64,000 nt of DNA from assembly GCF_006345805.1 (NCBI RefSeq), contig NC_043005.1:50344001-50408000 (forward strand), written 5' to 3'. The notes under the pieces are model-generated. The model had not been told where the DNA came from and searched no databases. It saw nothing but the letters and a program-made list of their open reading frames with translations. Every line of letters starts with the position of its first letter. The stretch's first letter is position 1. The position numbers were made by a program, and so were the translations under genes. This DNA is from Octopus sinensis. Lineage: Eukaryota. Shown piece after piece: positions 1 to 13,861 of the stretch.

Positions 1-1168
1 CACTCTCTGTCTCTCTCTGTCTTCGTATCTTTGTTTCTCTTTTACTATCTCTCTCACACTTCATCCCTTTCTCTCTCTTTCTTTCTCTCCCTCTCTCTCC
101 CCCATTTCCTATATTTCTTTTTCTTCTACGCATTCTGTCTGCTTCTTGCAATCACGTCTTTCACCCTGTTTCTGTCTGTCTGTCTGTCTGCCTCTCACTC
201 TCTCTCTCTCTCTCGCTGTCCCTCTCTCATTCTTAACTAAATTTATTTCTTCCTCTTTCTCCCGCTTCTTTCTCTCTCTCTCTTACTCATTGACACTTAA
301 CAAACCGATTTTCAATAGATGTCTTTCTTTGCCTTCACCCTCTCATCCCCCCCACCATCTCACAACCCCCTCCTTCACCTCGCCATTTTGACTATCCTCC
401 CGCCGCACACGTACCTATAACGAACATATTCATACACTCGCACATACACAGGCAGAAACACAAACACACACACACAAGCACAACAACAACAACAAACACA
501 TACACAGCGACACTCAGTATTGTTCAGTTCTTCTTTGAATAATGTCATTCCTATCGGAAGCTTTCAAATTTTGTCTGCACATTTCTGCTACCTGTTCTTC
601 AATTGTGAATTCTTCAGCGGCAGTAAGATTGAACAATCTCTATTGCCAATAGGATCTCACATTATACATCTATACATACACACAAGCACACATAAACGCA
701 TTCATACATACAGACACACATACACACAAACACACGCATACACATACACACACATATACATAACGTAACGTACACAGTTTTGATTCTATTCGTTCAAAAT
801 TTTCATTCTTTCACTTTCATTTTCGTACTCCACCCCACCCCCACCTTCGTTTTATTTTAGGGGTGGGACAGGGGTTCCTTCTTGCTCTTTTACTATTTCT
901 CACTTCCTTCTCTCTTACACCATCAATATACAATACATTCCACCTTCACCTCTCCACATTTCAACTATTTCATAGCCATTCAAAGACTCACGTCGAACTC
1001 TCTTAGACTATTCATTACCATTATGTATTACATGGGAATGCGGTATTTACTGAAATCATTCTACGTTCTAAGTTCAAATCCAACGAAGGTCACTTTTGCT
1101 TTTCGTTCTTCAAGATTTTTTGTTCTTATATTTTCTTACATGAGAGCCACTGTTTTGGCACTGCATAT

Positions 1169-2148
<980 letters not shown>

Positions 2149-2168
2149 AATAATAATAATAATAATAA

Positions 2169-2377
2169 GGCGAGCTGGCAGAATCGTTAGCACGCTGGAA
2201 AAAATGCTTGGCGGCATTTCGTCTGGCTTTACGTTCTGAGTTCAAATTCCACTGAGGTCGAAGTTGCCTTTCATCCTTTTGCGGTTGATAAATTACGCAC
2301 CAATGAAACAGTGGGGTCGATATAATCGACTTGTCTCCTCCCCTAAAGTGGCTGCCCTTGAGTAAAAAAATTGAAAC

Positions 2378-2378
<1 letters not shown>
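2169..2378 (+). mobile_element. tRNA-derived SINE-A, (ATT)n-tailed (tail-2) subfamily
   Basis: A-box-like TGGCAGAATCGTTAG, B-box GAGTTCAAATTCC, body CCTTTCATCCTTT-CGG..GTCGATA..; followed by (ATT)n. Confidence 0.88.
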
Positions 2379-2429
<51 letters not shown>

Positions 2430-4168
2430 GTTATTATTATTATTATTATTATTATATAAAACTGTTTGATTCGGCTCCATGCGAACCGATGTTTCATCAT
2501 CTCATTACAGAAACGTAGCCCGTTCAGAGTGAACGAGCTATGTTCATGTAAGAAGTCTAGGAAACTGTAAGTTGCATGGAGCCAGATCAAATTATTTAAA
2601 ATAATAATGTAACTCTTAGAAAAAGTCACACGTGCCTTTTTCTTTCGTTTGTCCCTATACTCGTATATTTGTTATTCGGGACTTCTATATAGTTTCCGTT
2701 TATGAAATTCACTCCTAAGGCATTGGTCGTCCCGGGGCTATAGTCTTCTTATTCGCAAATCGAATTTTTTTAACCACACGCTCCTGTCACTGCGCCTATA
2801 GAACCATCAATGTACCCTATGTTAACATTTTATCCAACCGTCTTTTTTTTATTAAGAGGATCTCTGTCAATTGTGTAGAAAGCTCTTACTCACCAAATAC
2901 CATCGTATTTCGTAGCATATTATTTCTGAACCATTTAGCAATTACATGGCCAAATTGAAGCGTGTATATATTCAGTTTTTGTTTTCTTGTCTGTATAAGC
3001 CTTCACGTGACTGTATTCTAAATTTTCTTTTACTATCTACTTCAGTAGAAATCTCAAGATGCCGTCGCTTTAGCAGTCTATTTTTGGTAAACAATAAGAA
3101 TAAGACATTTGAGGATGAAGCTGTTTTCTTCTTTCTAAACAAACTGCAGTCTTAAATGAAGTGCAAATCGAGGATTGATATCTTACAATTGGTGGCTGCT
3201 TTATTGTTAGCTTCTCGCCGCTTTTAAAACAAACGGCTACATGATTGTTCTGTAAATAAGGTTTGAAATGGCGATACCGCTGGCGACTTTATGAAATAGC
3301 AGACGATATACGCGCAACCGTAAAAGGGGGAGATAATGCAATGTAAAACAAATTGAATGATTTATAGCTTGAAGCCATTTTATTTTAGTTTAGTTTAGTT
3401 CGTTTTCAAAGCAAGTGGATTGGGGATGCGGGAATTGTTTCAAATTTTCAAAGAATCACTGAAGATTAAAAATTAGAAAAGAAAACAAATTGCTGGGTTG
3501 GTTTCCTGTAGCGAAACCAGTTATCTTTCATGCAGGCATAAAGAAGTAGGGCATGTCGAATTGTGTGTCACACTCAAAAGAAACAAGCCGAGGGAGAAGA
3601 TTAGCAGATAAAAGAGAAGGAAAAGAACAGAGAGAAGACAATGAACAATAGAAGGAAAGAGAGAAAGAGACAAAGAAAGAAATTAGGAAATAAAAGAGAA
3701 ATGAATGAGTGAAAAAAAAGCTAAGGGGGGAATTTAATCGGCCTTAGTAATCAGCTTGTACATATTTCATCTATCACCAGGGGGATGAAGTAAGCAGCTG
3801 AATAGAAATAGTGTTAGAAAAGCAGTGTCACGCAGCGTTTAGTTGTGCTTCTTGACTTTGTAGATTCAAAATCAACTTTGTATCACAGAGTTTGATAAAA
3901 TAAAGTATGAGTCAAATACGGGATTGAAAGAAATTAGTAAGGGAGATAGCAAGAAGTAACAAGATCCCAAATATTCATAACATGAAGACTTCTAGATTTA
4001 TTTTATTTCACTTTTATTTTCGAAGACAGATATCTAGAGTTCTTATGCTACCAAGGCAGATTTTGCTTTTGCTCTTTCCATATAATAAATACCAGTCATG
4101 TATTAAGGTTAATTTAATTTATGTCTTCCACCAAAATAAGAGACCTCGCACTAAATTTACAAACATTT

Positions 4169-4870
4169 AATATTCTTTTCTACCCTAGGCACAAGGACCT
4201 CGAAAGGATGAAAGGCAAAGTCGACCTCAGCGGAATTTGAACTCAGAAAGTAAAGGCAGACGAAATACCTATTTCTTTACTACCCACAAGGGGCTAAACA
4301 CGGAGAGGACAAACAAGGAGAGAACAAACGAACTAAGTCGATTTTATCGACCCCAGTGTGTAACTGGTACTTATTTAATCGACTCCGAAAGGATGAAAGG
4401 CAAAGTCGACTCGGCGGAATTTGAACTCAGAACGTAACGGCAGACGAAATACCTATTTCTTTATTACCCACAAGGGGCTAAACACAGAGGGGACAAACAA
4501 GGACAGACATAGGTATTAAGTCGATTATATCGACCCCAGTGCGTAACTGGTACTTAATTTATCGACCCCGAAAAGATGAAAGGCAAAGTCGACCTCGGCG
4601 GAATTTGAAATCACAACGTAACACAGACGAAATACCTATTTCTTTATTACCCACAAGGGGCTAAACACAGAGAGGACAAACAAGGAGAGGACAAACGGAT
4701 TAAGTCGATTTTATCGACCCCAGTGTGTAACTGGTACTTATTTAATCGACTCCGAAAGGATGAAAGGCAAAGTCGACCTCAGCGGAATTTGAACTCAGAA
4801 CGTAACGGCAGACGAAATACCGCTAAGCATTTCGCCCGGCGTGCTAACGTTTCTGCCAGCTCGCCACCTT
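4169..4870 (-). mobile_element. SINE-A stack: one head + three tail-1 units + one deleted tail-2 unit
   Basis: Junction GAAATACCTATTTC at ~4262, 4446, 4629; head junction GAAATACCGCT at ~4814; period 183-185 bp. Confidence 0.92.
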
Positions 4871-4920
4871 ACAAATATTTAATACTAAAAGACGACAAAC
4901 GGTAGAATCAGTAATGCATT

Positions 4921-5150
4921 GTTTTTCTTTTACTTGTTTCAGTCATTGGAATGTGGCCATGCAGGGATACCTCCTTGGTGTGGGGGTTAGTGAAGCAAAT
5001 CGGCCCCAGTACTTATTTTTTATTTAATCTATTTATTGAAGTCTGGTACTTATTCTATCATTTTTAGTCGAACCACTATATTACGGTCACTTAAACAAAC
5101 CAACACCTGTTATCAAGAGGTGGGATGACAAACGCTAAGACACACGGATG
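4921..5150 (-). mobile_element. SINE-B 3' fragment (degenerate)
   Basis: TTTTACTTGTTTCAGTCATT..GTGGCCATGC tail; TGGTACTTATTCTATC body motif. Confidence 0.7.
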
Positions 5151-5261
5151 TGTGTATATATGTATATGCGTTAAATTAATAAGAGGTGTTGGTTCGATTC
5201 CCACGCGTACTAATAGCCATTCTTTTTTCTATCGGGATTTATATACCCCAATATTAGATTA

Positions 5262-5881
5262 GGATCTTTGCGGTTTTTTGTCACTGTTTACAATTATCTT
5301 TAAAAAAATTTTTTTAAGGTATCATGTAGATGTAATTTTCGATGCTGAATCCAAATTTGCTATTCATTTATTCCAGAAAAATTTGCAAAAGTGTTACAGG
5401 TGTTCAAAGTTTGGTAATTTTCAGAATTTTCAGCCAATCAGAAAACAGCGCGTTCGCTGCTTCTTCTTTCATCAGGGGGCGGAGGGCATCAGCATGTCAA
5501 AACATTAAACTAAAATTGTTGATCCTGTGCTCCATCTGTTATAGAATAAGTGGTGGTTACACTCCTCGTGCGCATGCGCAGCATCTTTGGTTACTATGGA
5601 AACAGAGTTCTTTGTAATCAGCTATTGAACACGTAGTGCTTCTTTGCTTTGGTTACTATAGAAACAGACTTCTTCGCCACGGTCATGTCTAAAATACTCG
5701 CTTCTGATTGGCTAAAATACCCAAATTTTGCAAACTTTTATAGGCCAAAAGCGTTTTAATCATGGATTTATAGGGAAAATGAATTTCATTTTCATAACTA
5801 GTGTACAAAACTTAACCCATATATCAAATTTGAAAACAATTGAAGCAAAATTGTAAACTGTGTCGAAAACCACAAAGATCC
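5262..5881. mobile_element. PIF/Harbinger-type (Tourist-like) MITE, 620 bp
   Basis: Imperfect ~35-bp TIRs GGATCTTTG(C/T)GGTTTT..CA(C)(T/A)GTTTACAATT; TTA on both sides (5259-5261, 5882-5884); GG termini and a 3-bp TTA/TAA TSD are the Harbinger signature. Confidence 0.75.
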
Positions 5882-5955
5882 TTAGATTATTTTCTTTGGC
5901 CAATGCACAGTGAACGCTTATCAGTTTAAAGCTTATAACTATTATTTAGAAAAAT

Positions 5956-5986
<31 letters not shown>

Positions 5987-6014
5987 AGAGAGAAAGAAAT
6001 TACCAATCCATGAT

Positions 6015-6280
6015 GGTGATTTGGCGGAACTGTTGGGTCACTGGACGGGATTCCTTGCAATAAATGTTCCGGCACATTGCGTCATATACAATAACGACTG
6101 AGACGACACTGATGCCAAGCTGCATCGGCCTTTGCATTGCTTTGTTTTCCCTTAGACAACATCTGTGGGGCGGATACAGAAGACCTGTGTATAGAAGCCA
6201 CTGTTTGCTTTCCATAAGAATGTTTCCCTGGCCAACCTATACCAGGTCATCTCTGAATTAGACTATAAAGGTCTTAACAT
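6015..6280 (+). mobile_element. Old, degenerate SINE-C-like copy
   Basis: GACGACACTGATGCCAAGCTGCATCGGCCTTTGC..CCCTTAGACAACATC resembles the SINE-C body at 20320-20360. Confidence 0.55.
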
Positions 6281-7179
6281 ATTCCAATCGCATTTTGTTT
6301 TGTACGCGCGTGTCTATGTGTGTGTGTATATGTGTCTATCTGTACGTATATCTCTGATTTCTTTTCTGCTGTGTTACCTGTAAATCTACAGCATTTCGCT
6401 TTTGTACAACCGATTTTATTCGCATTACCAGTATTACTTATAGCAGTGATGTTTCTTTATAGCTGATATCGTTTTTCGTTCTATCACCTTCATTTTTCAA
6501 TAAATCGATTTCATTTTGCATACATGTATATCTGTAAGCATTTCGTCTTTTGTAAAAGTAATTTCGTTCTCCGTTCCATTTCATTTTTCTACATAACTGA
6601 TTTCGTTTTGCGTATCACCTGTGTATGTGTTGGCATTTTGCATTCTTTATATAGGCGGTTTCGTTTTCCCTTTTATCTCCTCTTCCTAATTAGCTGATTT
6701 CGCTTTGCGTATAACTTGCACATCTGGTAGCAGTTCGTTTTCTATGTAACTAAATTTGTTTTTCATTTAACCAGAAGTTACTCCAAACGTATCTAAATAT
6801 ATAGTTTGTTAAAAATAATGGAAATATTAAGAAAAATTATTGTTATATTTCGGAATGGTCATTTTGCCAGTTTAGCCAATAAAAAATCTTGCACAACAAA
6901 TATATAAACGTACTAAGAAAAATTATAAAAATATCAAATATTTTATATAATTTACTCAGTAACCATCGATAAATATTAGAATTTTCTAACAATTAAATGC
7001 CTAAACAAGTGCACTGAATGGGAAAACATAATAACTACCTTGATATGGATACCCAATCTGCAAGAAATATTAACCAAATTTCTCTCAAATATTATCCTAC
7101 CGTGTTTTCGGTTTTTTGTTTTTGTTTTGTTTTAATGTAGTCCTAGACACACTACAAAAAGTTGCAGAAAATATAGACA

Positions 7180-7720
7180 GAAAGAAAGGTAGAAACAAAG
7201 AAACTATATAAATTATATTTATATAAATATTTATATTTATATAAATATATAAACAAAGAAAATATATAAATAAATGAATGAATACAAAATGGGAAAGTTT
7301 GAATTGAAGGAAGTTTGAACCGGAAAGAAAGAATGAAGGAAATGAAGATGGTTAAAGAAAGAAAGAAAGAAAGAAAAAAGAAAGAAAAATAATGTAAAGA
7401 CGAAGAAAGAGATGAAGCTAGAAAGAAAGGTAGGATGGAGAAAAGAAATAATGAAGACGAAAGAGGAAAAGCGAAGAAGAGACAGAAAGGATGACAGAAA
7501 GATAAAAGAAAGAAATGAAAGAATTAAATATGAACGAAAGAGAAGCTGGGAGGAAAAAATGGAAAGAAAGAAAAAGAGAAATGAAGAATGCACAAAATAT
7601 TAAAAAAAAATAAGACAACCAGAAAGATGTACAGAAAGGAAGGAAGGAATGAATGAATGAATGAATGAATGAATGAATGAAGGAAGGAAGGAAGGAAGGA
7701 AGGAAAATAGAAAGAAAGAA
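7180..7720. repeat. Purine-rich low-complexity tract (GAAA/GGAA/GAAT)
   Basis: Directly visible; source of K/E/R-rich artefact ORFs. Confidence 0.9.
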
Positions 7721-8281
7721 AGTGACCTGACTGATTTGTATGGTACAGCACTATTTACACGACCGGATTATAACAGCTTTATAAATTAACTCTCCCTATA
7801 ACCATTTTAGAAAGAGAGAAAAAAATGGATGAGGAAAATCACATTACAAGACTTAAGAATTATCTTGCCTTGTTCCTATTTATATAGTTCGATCTACAAG
7901 CATTCAGCATATCTTAATGGTATTTTAGCCATCGATCACAAAAATCGAGTCTGCTAAACATTTATTGATCGAGTGTGGATTTTGCTTGATTTTTCTATAA
8001 TAGTTTACTTAGGCCGAGAAGTCGCTGCTTTAAAACGAACAGCATTCCATCATTCTACGCACACGCCAAGAAAGATCTATTTTTGATGGCGGCCATGTTG
8101 ATTGAATGTTATCCTTTGTATTAGAGCTGTGAGCTTTTCACCCTCACATAATAATCTTACAAGATTCGGCCATTGTTCTGCATAATATACATACATGCAA
8201 ACATCCATTCATTCATCCACTCAACTATCCGTCCATGTATGTACGTATGTAAGTGTGTGTGTATGTGTATGTGTATGTGTC

Positions 8282-8321
<40 letters not shown>

Positions 8322-8532
8322 CTTGCGTAGGTGTGTGTATTACATACAAACTTAAGCAGTCAACTGACATGAAAAGCATGTGATTTCTGATTTATATATA
8401 AAAAAGTAATTTTTTGTCCGATTGCTGTTGTTATTGTCATTATTATTATTGCTGTCGTTGCTGTTATAAATAATAATATTATTACCATAATTGCTATTTT
8501 TGTTATCATTACGTGTTGATATGCCTATAGAA

Positions 8533-8589
<57 letters not shown>

Positions 8590-8611
8590 CGCGCATACAC
8601 AAGGACCTATA

Positions 8612-8650
<39 letters not shown>

Positions 8651-9525
8651 GTAGATTCCGAATACATATACTTTATTATACAAAATCCGGGCGCGCACAA
8701 ACATGTATGTATGTAGCTGCGTACATACGTAACGTATATGAATCGTTATATATTTTAAAAACAACAATTTGTGCGTACCAAAAAATTTTGAAAATTGTTG
8801 ATATTCATTTCTGTTGCTGTTTTGTGTGTGTCTGGGTGTGTGTGTGTGTGTATGTGTGTGTTTCTGAGTGGATTTTATATATTTTGCATGTGTGTGTAAA
8901 ATTTATATAGATGCAATGCTCTACTCCCGTCATTACACCTGAGTTACATGTTTCTTGAACATTCGTCCGGATGCCTTGTGGTGGGCCAACAGCATCAGTT
9001 AATTGAAGGCATGGGAGATAACTAACAATTTATTGTCAGCATTTGGCACAAGCGAATAAATGAAAATATATTGAAGTTGAAATTAGTACAAAAGTTACGG
9101 AAAGTGAGAGACTGTGATATCCATGCCTTTCAAAAACAACGTCAGAGCTGCTGTATGAAATGAAAAACAGCTTCAGTTGGAATGAACCCAGGATCGGCAA
9201 CTCGACTCGCTATAAACTTACTTGGATTCTGCTGCACCTCATGAAGCAACTAGTGAAAAACGTTGCAGAATTTTTTTTTCATGTTTATTGTTAATGCTGT
9301 CGTTTAAACTCCCTGATCAGTTCTGATCGAACAGACGTATTGATCATGCCGTTTGTTTCCTCCTATATGTTAATGAACTCAGGTCCTTTTTTTGTGTGAT
9401 TGTATGATGTGTTTTGAGGAAATCTTCATGTTAATGCTTGCAAGTTGCGTGACTACATAAAGAGGTTCACTCATTCAAACGGCAGACAAGATCATTGATT
9501 TCAATGTCCACGAAACGAAATAATA

Positions 9526-9752
9526 TATATTTCTTTATTGCCCACAAGGAGCGAAACATAGAGGGGACAAACAAGGACAGAGAAAGGGATTAAGTCGATT
9601 ACATCGACCTCAGTGCGAAATTGGTACTTTATTTATCGACCCCGAAAAGATGAAAGGCAAAGTCGACCTCGGCGGAATTAGAACTCAGAACGTAACTCAA
9701 TACGGCTACGCATTTCGCCCGGCGTGCTAACGTTTCTGCCAGCTCCCCGTCT
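9526..9752 (-). mobile_element. SINE-A monomer, tail-1
   Basis: Full head CATTTCGCCCGGCGTGCTAACG and tail TATTTCTTTATTGCCCACAAGG. Confidence 0.88.
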
Positions 9753-10402
9753 TTGCAAAGTCCCAAGCTCAATTCAAGAACATCACACTTCTATAAAACA
9801 CAGGAGTGCTCATACAGCTTTTATAACAATTAGTTGAAAATGGGGATACGTCTTATACATGATATTGTGTTATACATGATCTTTTACAGTAATTCCTTTT
9901 GAATTGACAGAAAACAACAGCAAGAATATAAATGATGTGTACAAGGGAACTAATCGAACCCTTTACGTTGTTTTCAAGTCGGTGGCGCAGTCTCGGTGTA
10001 CATGACCTTCATCTCCGAGATCCATTAAAAGAAAGCAGAAATCACGCGTGGGTTACTGCAGTAGGAAAAAACTCATCAAAATGACATCTTATCTACAGTT
10101 CAGAGACCTGGTCCAATCGCTTGCAAAAGAGTGGACTGTACAAAAGACAGCCAAGGGCCAGGTGGTGGTGGTAAACCGGGGAATGGATTAGGAAGATTAA
10201 AAAAAATTAATCCAGTGTCGGTGTAATTTATTGGTGTTAAGGCGTTTCATCCGTCACCATCCCATCTCAGTTCCCTGGCTACATTGTGTAGTCCATTGTG
10301 GCCTTAAACTTTAAGATACCAGATTTGGTTGCTGTTTCTAGTAGCTCGCGTGACCATATAAAGACTCTTTGTTAAATCGTCAGCGTTATTTGAATGCAGA
10401 AG

Positions 10403-10455
<53 letters not shown>

Positions 10456-10950
10456 GAGAGAGAGAGAGAGAGAGAGAGGCTAAAGTCAGAAAAGCGGTTT
10501 AGTTTCGACCAATGAATTCTCACCTCCGCCAACTCCACCACTCTCAAAACAAATCTATATTGATGTTGTTAATGAAATTATATTATAGGAAAGGGAAATT
10601 GTGTTATTGTATGTGAATTATACGGCTGTTGGTTGTAAAATAAATCGTAATTGGCAATGAAATATATGGTAGTAGCTGATGAAAATATAATGGTGTAGAT
10701 AATGAAAATATATTGAAACTAACAAATCTGAATCGTCAAAAATGGCGTATATTTATTTTTAGCATAATCTGTACATGAATTTTCCTTGTCGGTGTACAAT
10801 GAATTTTCGACTTCTCCCTGACTTAGTCTAATTTTGTGTCAAGTATTTGAAAGAATTATTCTAAATGGTACAAAATTTACAATTTATTTTCCTCCTCCTC
10901 CTGGTCGTCGTCGTCGTCGTCATCATCATCAGCATCATCATCATCATCAT

Positions 10951-11457
10951 TATTGCCTTTGCACAGCTTCTAACGCTGGAGATGTACTACAGTGTCAGCT
11001 GTTCACTACCAGTGAAAAAAGATAACACCTCTTATTTTTCGAGCACCTTCCGGAGTATTCGGGCGGTTCCAAGCAGTGCTGTTTTCTGCAAGTGCTCCAC
11101 CTTTATTGCAGCCCCTATTTGTTCAACGTACCTCTCGATATTTTTGCTTACTGTTCCCAGGGCTCCGACAATTATTGGTACTACCGCTACCTTTTTCATC
11201 GACCACAACTGCTTAACTTCCCAAGCTAACCTGTTACATCTCTTGACTTTTCTTTCCTCCTTATCTCATACCTTGTTGTCAGCTGGGCATGCTATATCTA
11301 TGATCCAGCAGAGTTTGTTTTCTTTCTCAATTAAGACTATGTTTGGATACCTATTCTCTATCTCATGGTCGCACTGAATCATAAAATCCCATAGTTTCTT
11401 TGCATTTTTATTTTCGACGATGACTTCGGGTTTGTGGACTTGACAGAGCAAAAAAGA
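10951..11457 (-). mobile_element. 5'-truncated R4/Dong-clade non-LTR retrotransposon (restriction-like endonuclease C-terminus plus 3'UTR), pseudogenised
   Basis: Translation HKPEVIVENKNAKKLWDFMIQCDHEIENRYPNIVLIEKENKLCWIIDIACPADNKV*DKEERK..LAWEVKQLW..VVPIIVGALG..LQKTALLGTARILRKVLEK* fits the PD-(D/E)xK RLE domain of R4/Dong-type elements; catalytic PD is PN; one in-frame stop at 11266-11268; terminal stop 11032-11034; AAT/GAT repeats on both sides. Confidence 0.85.
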
Positions 11458-11459
11458 AA

Positions 11460-11496
<37 letters not shown>

Positions 11497-12015
11497 GAGT
11501 GAGAGAGCAGTGCATGCCATCAAAGTGACACTGGGGTAAAATATACGAAGCCCAATATACCCATCATGACTACCCGTCTGATAAGGGTACACCAGGCACA
11601 TGCATCACAAACATATGTGAGCGACATGGTGATCTCATATCAAGATAAACAGCACATGACCTTGCAGGTGGGGCCCAGTTAGAATTTTCTTCAGGTTGAG
11701 TAGCCCATCCCGCTCAAAAAGTCCCTGAATAAGGGTTGTTTAAGGATGTTGAAAGAACCACCCATGTTTCCAGAGGTGAATTATTCAAACCCCAAAGAAT
11801 CCCTCTCAACACATGGCTATGATGCTCCCCCACTACTTCTGCTCGTGATCAGAGATGCACATATCGTCAGCCACTAAGGGACATGCTCAACTGGTTAAGG
11901 TCAAACAACTGACAAGCAAATCTGTGGTATTGAGCAGAATATTTGCTGTAGCCCATCTTTTATACCAAGACAAAACAATGTACATGATAACACTTCCAAT
12001 CAGTTAAGATCAGAA
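11497..12015 (-). mobile_element. Element D copy 2 (5'-truncated by ~35 nt)
   Basis: Reverse complement of 1630-2148; (TTA)n on both sides. Confidence 0.9.
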
Positions 12016-12074
<59 letters not shown>

Positions 12075-12075
<1 letters not shown>

Positions 12076-12305
12076 GGCAACGAGCTGGCAGTATCGTTAG
12101 CACGCCGGGCGAAATGCGCATCGGTATTTCGTCTGTCTTTACGTTCTGAGTTCAAATTCTGCCGAGGTCGACTTTGCCTTTCATTTTTTCGGGGTCGATA
12201 AATTAAGTACCTGTGAAACTCGGTGGTCGATGTAATCGACTACTCTCCTCCCCCAAACTTCAGGCCTTGTGCCTATAGTAGAAAGAATTATTATTATTAT
12301 TATTA

Positions 12306-12350
<45 letters not shown>

Positions 12351-12945
12351 CATCATCTAAGGCAGTGAGCTGGCAGAATCGTTTGGACGCTGGACAAATG
12401 TTTAGTGGCATTTCGTCCTGGGTTCAAAATCCGTCGAGGTCGACAATGGCTTTTATTTCTTTGAGCCCCTTCATCCAACATTTCAGCCCTTGTGTCTGTA
12501 ATAAAAAAGTATTATTATCATTAAGATGGCGGTGAGCTGGTAAAATCGTTAGCCCATCGGACAGAATGCTTAGTGGCATTTCCTATTCCAGTTCTTTACG
12601 TTTGCCGTGGTCAACTTTGTCTATCATCCTTTAAAATAAAAGCACCCATTAAAAAAAAAAGTAAAAGTACTCATTAAATACTGAAGTCTTCATAATAGAC
12701 TTGCTTATCCCTTCAATGTGCCAAAATTAGAAAGGATTATTATTATTATAAAGACGGTGAAAGGCAGTGATCTTGCAAAATCGTTAGTACGCCGGATAAA
12801 ATTCTTAGTGGTATTTCGTCCGGCCTTACCTTCTGAGTTCAAATTCTGCCGAGGTAGTCTTTGTCTTTCATCCTTTCGGAATATCGACATATCCCCTTCC
12901 GTGAAATTGCTGGCCTTGTGCTAAAATTTGAGATTATTATTAATT
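12075..12945 (+). mobile_element. Train of four head-to-tail SINE-A tail-2 copies separated by ATT-rich tails
   Basis: Heads at ~12075, 12360, 12525 and 12755, each preceded by an ATT-rich run; bodies variably degenerate. Confidence 0.82.
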
Positions 12946-13170
12946 GCTGTTTTTGTGCCGAAATTTGAGACCAATATTATTACATTAATAGTATACTCGC
13001 CCTTATGATTTTTTTATCTAGACTTTTTTTTCAACCTACTATTTATAAGCTATTATTTATAGTTTTATCTACTTCGACTGTAATCATAAAATTCTAATGA
13101 CGTAAATATTTCTAATTCCATTTTTGACGCCCATTGCATTAAATATCTTAACACACTGACTTAACTCTCT

Positions 13171-13590
13171 CTTTTCTCTTTTACTCTTTTACTTGTTTCA
13201 GTCATTTGACTGCGGCCATGCTGGATCACCGCCTTTAATCGAGCAACTCGACCACGGGACTTATTCTTTTGTAAGCCCAGTACTTATTCTATCGGTCTCT
13301 TTTGCCGAATCGCTAAGTAACGGGGACATAAACACACCAGCATCTGTTGTCTAGCAATGCTAGGGGGACAAACACAGACACACAAACACACACACGCATA
13401 TATGTACCTCCCGATATTTTTGCTTACTGTTTCCGTCTTTCAGTTTCCGTCTACCAAATCCACTCACAAGGCTTTGGTCGGCCCGAGGCTATAGTAGAAG
13501 ACACTTGCCCAAGGTGCCACGCAGTGGGATTGAACCCGGAACCACGTGGTTGGTAAACAAGCTACTTACCACACAGCCACTCCTGCGCCT
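13171..13590 (-). mobile_element. SINE-B, full length (tRNA head, partly CORE-like CACCTTGGGCAAGTG, LINE-like tail)
   Basis: Minus strand: GGCTGTGTGGTAAGTAGCTTG..CCGGGTTCAATCCCACTGCGTGGCACCTTGGGCAAGTGTCTTC..CAGCATGGCCGCAGTCAAATGACTGAAACAAGTAAAAG. Confidence 0.88.
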
Positions 13591-13795
13591 ATTGCTTCTT
13601 CGTGCAGATGACATCTATAAGTAATTAGCCTCAGTGATATGTTGATATATTTTCACATATTTTTTTCTCATACATCTTTTGACAAACTTAACTACTGTAT
13701 TGTATTCTTCTCTTTAGCTTTATTTTGAAAAAAAAATACTATCATTCTACACTTACACGTATAGAAAATACCTCACATTGTAACTGTAGCTAATA

Positions 13796-13861
<66 letters not shown>

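Noticed and set aside
2893-3340. Possible minus-strand exon near a GTGAGT donor, or a recombinase relic
   Set aside because: Only short open frames, weak acceptor, no motif match.
4169-4870. CRISPR-like or retrozyme interpretation of the ~184-bp repeats
   Set aside because: No unique spacers or cas genes, eukaryotic context; no hammerhead core found in the unit on either strand.
11855-11885. CTGACGA in element D as a ribozyme core
   Set aside because: No GAAA at a compatible position with a closing stem II; copy 1 has CTGACAA.
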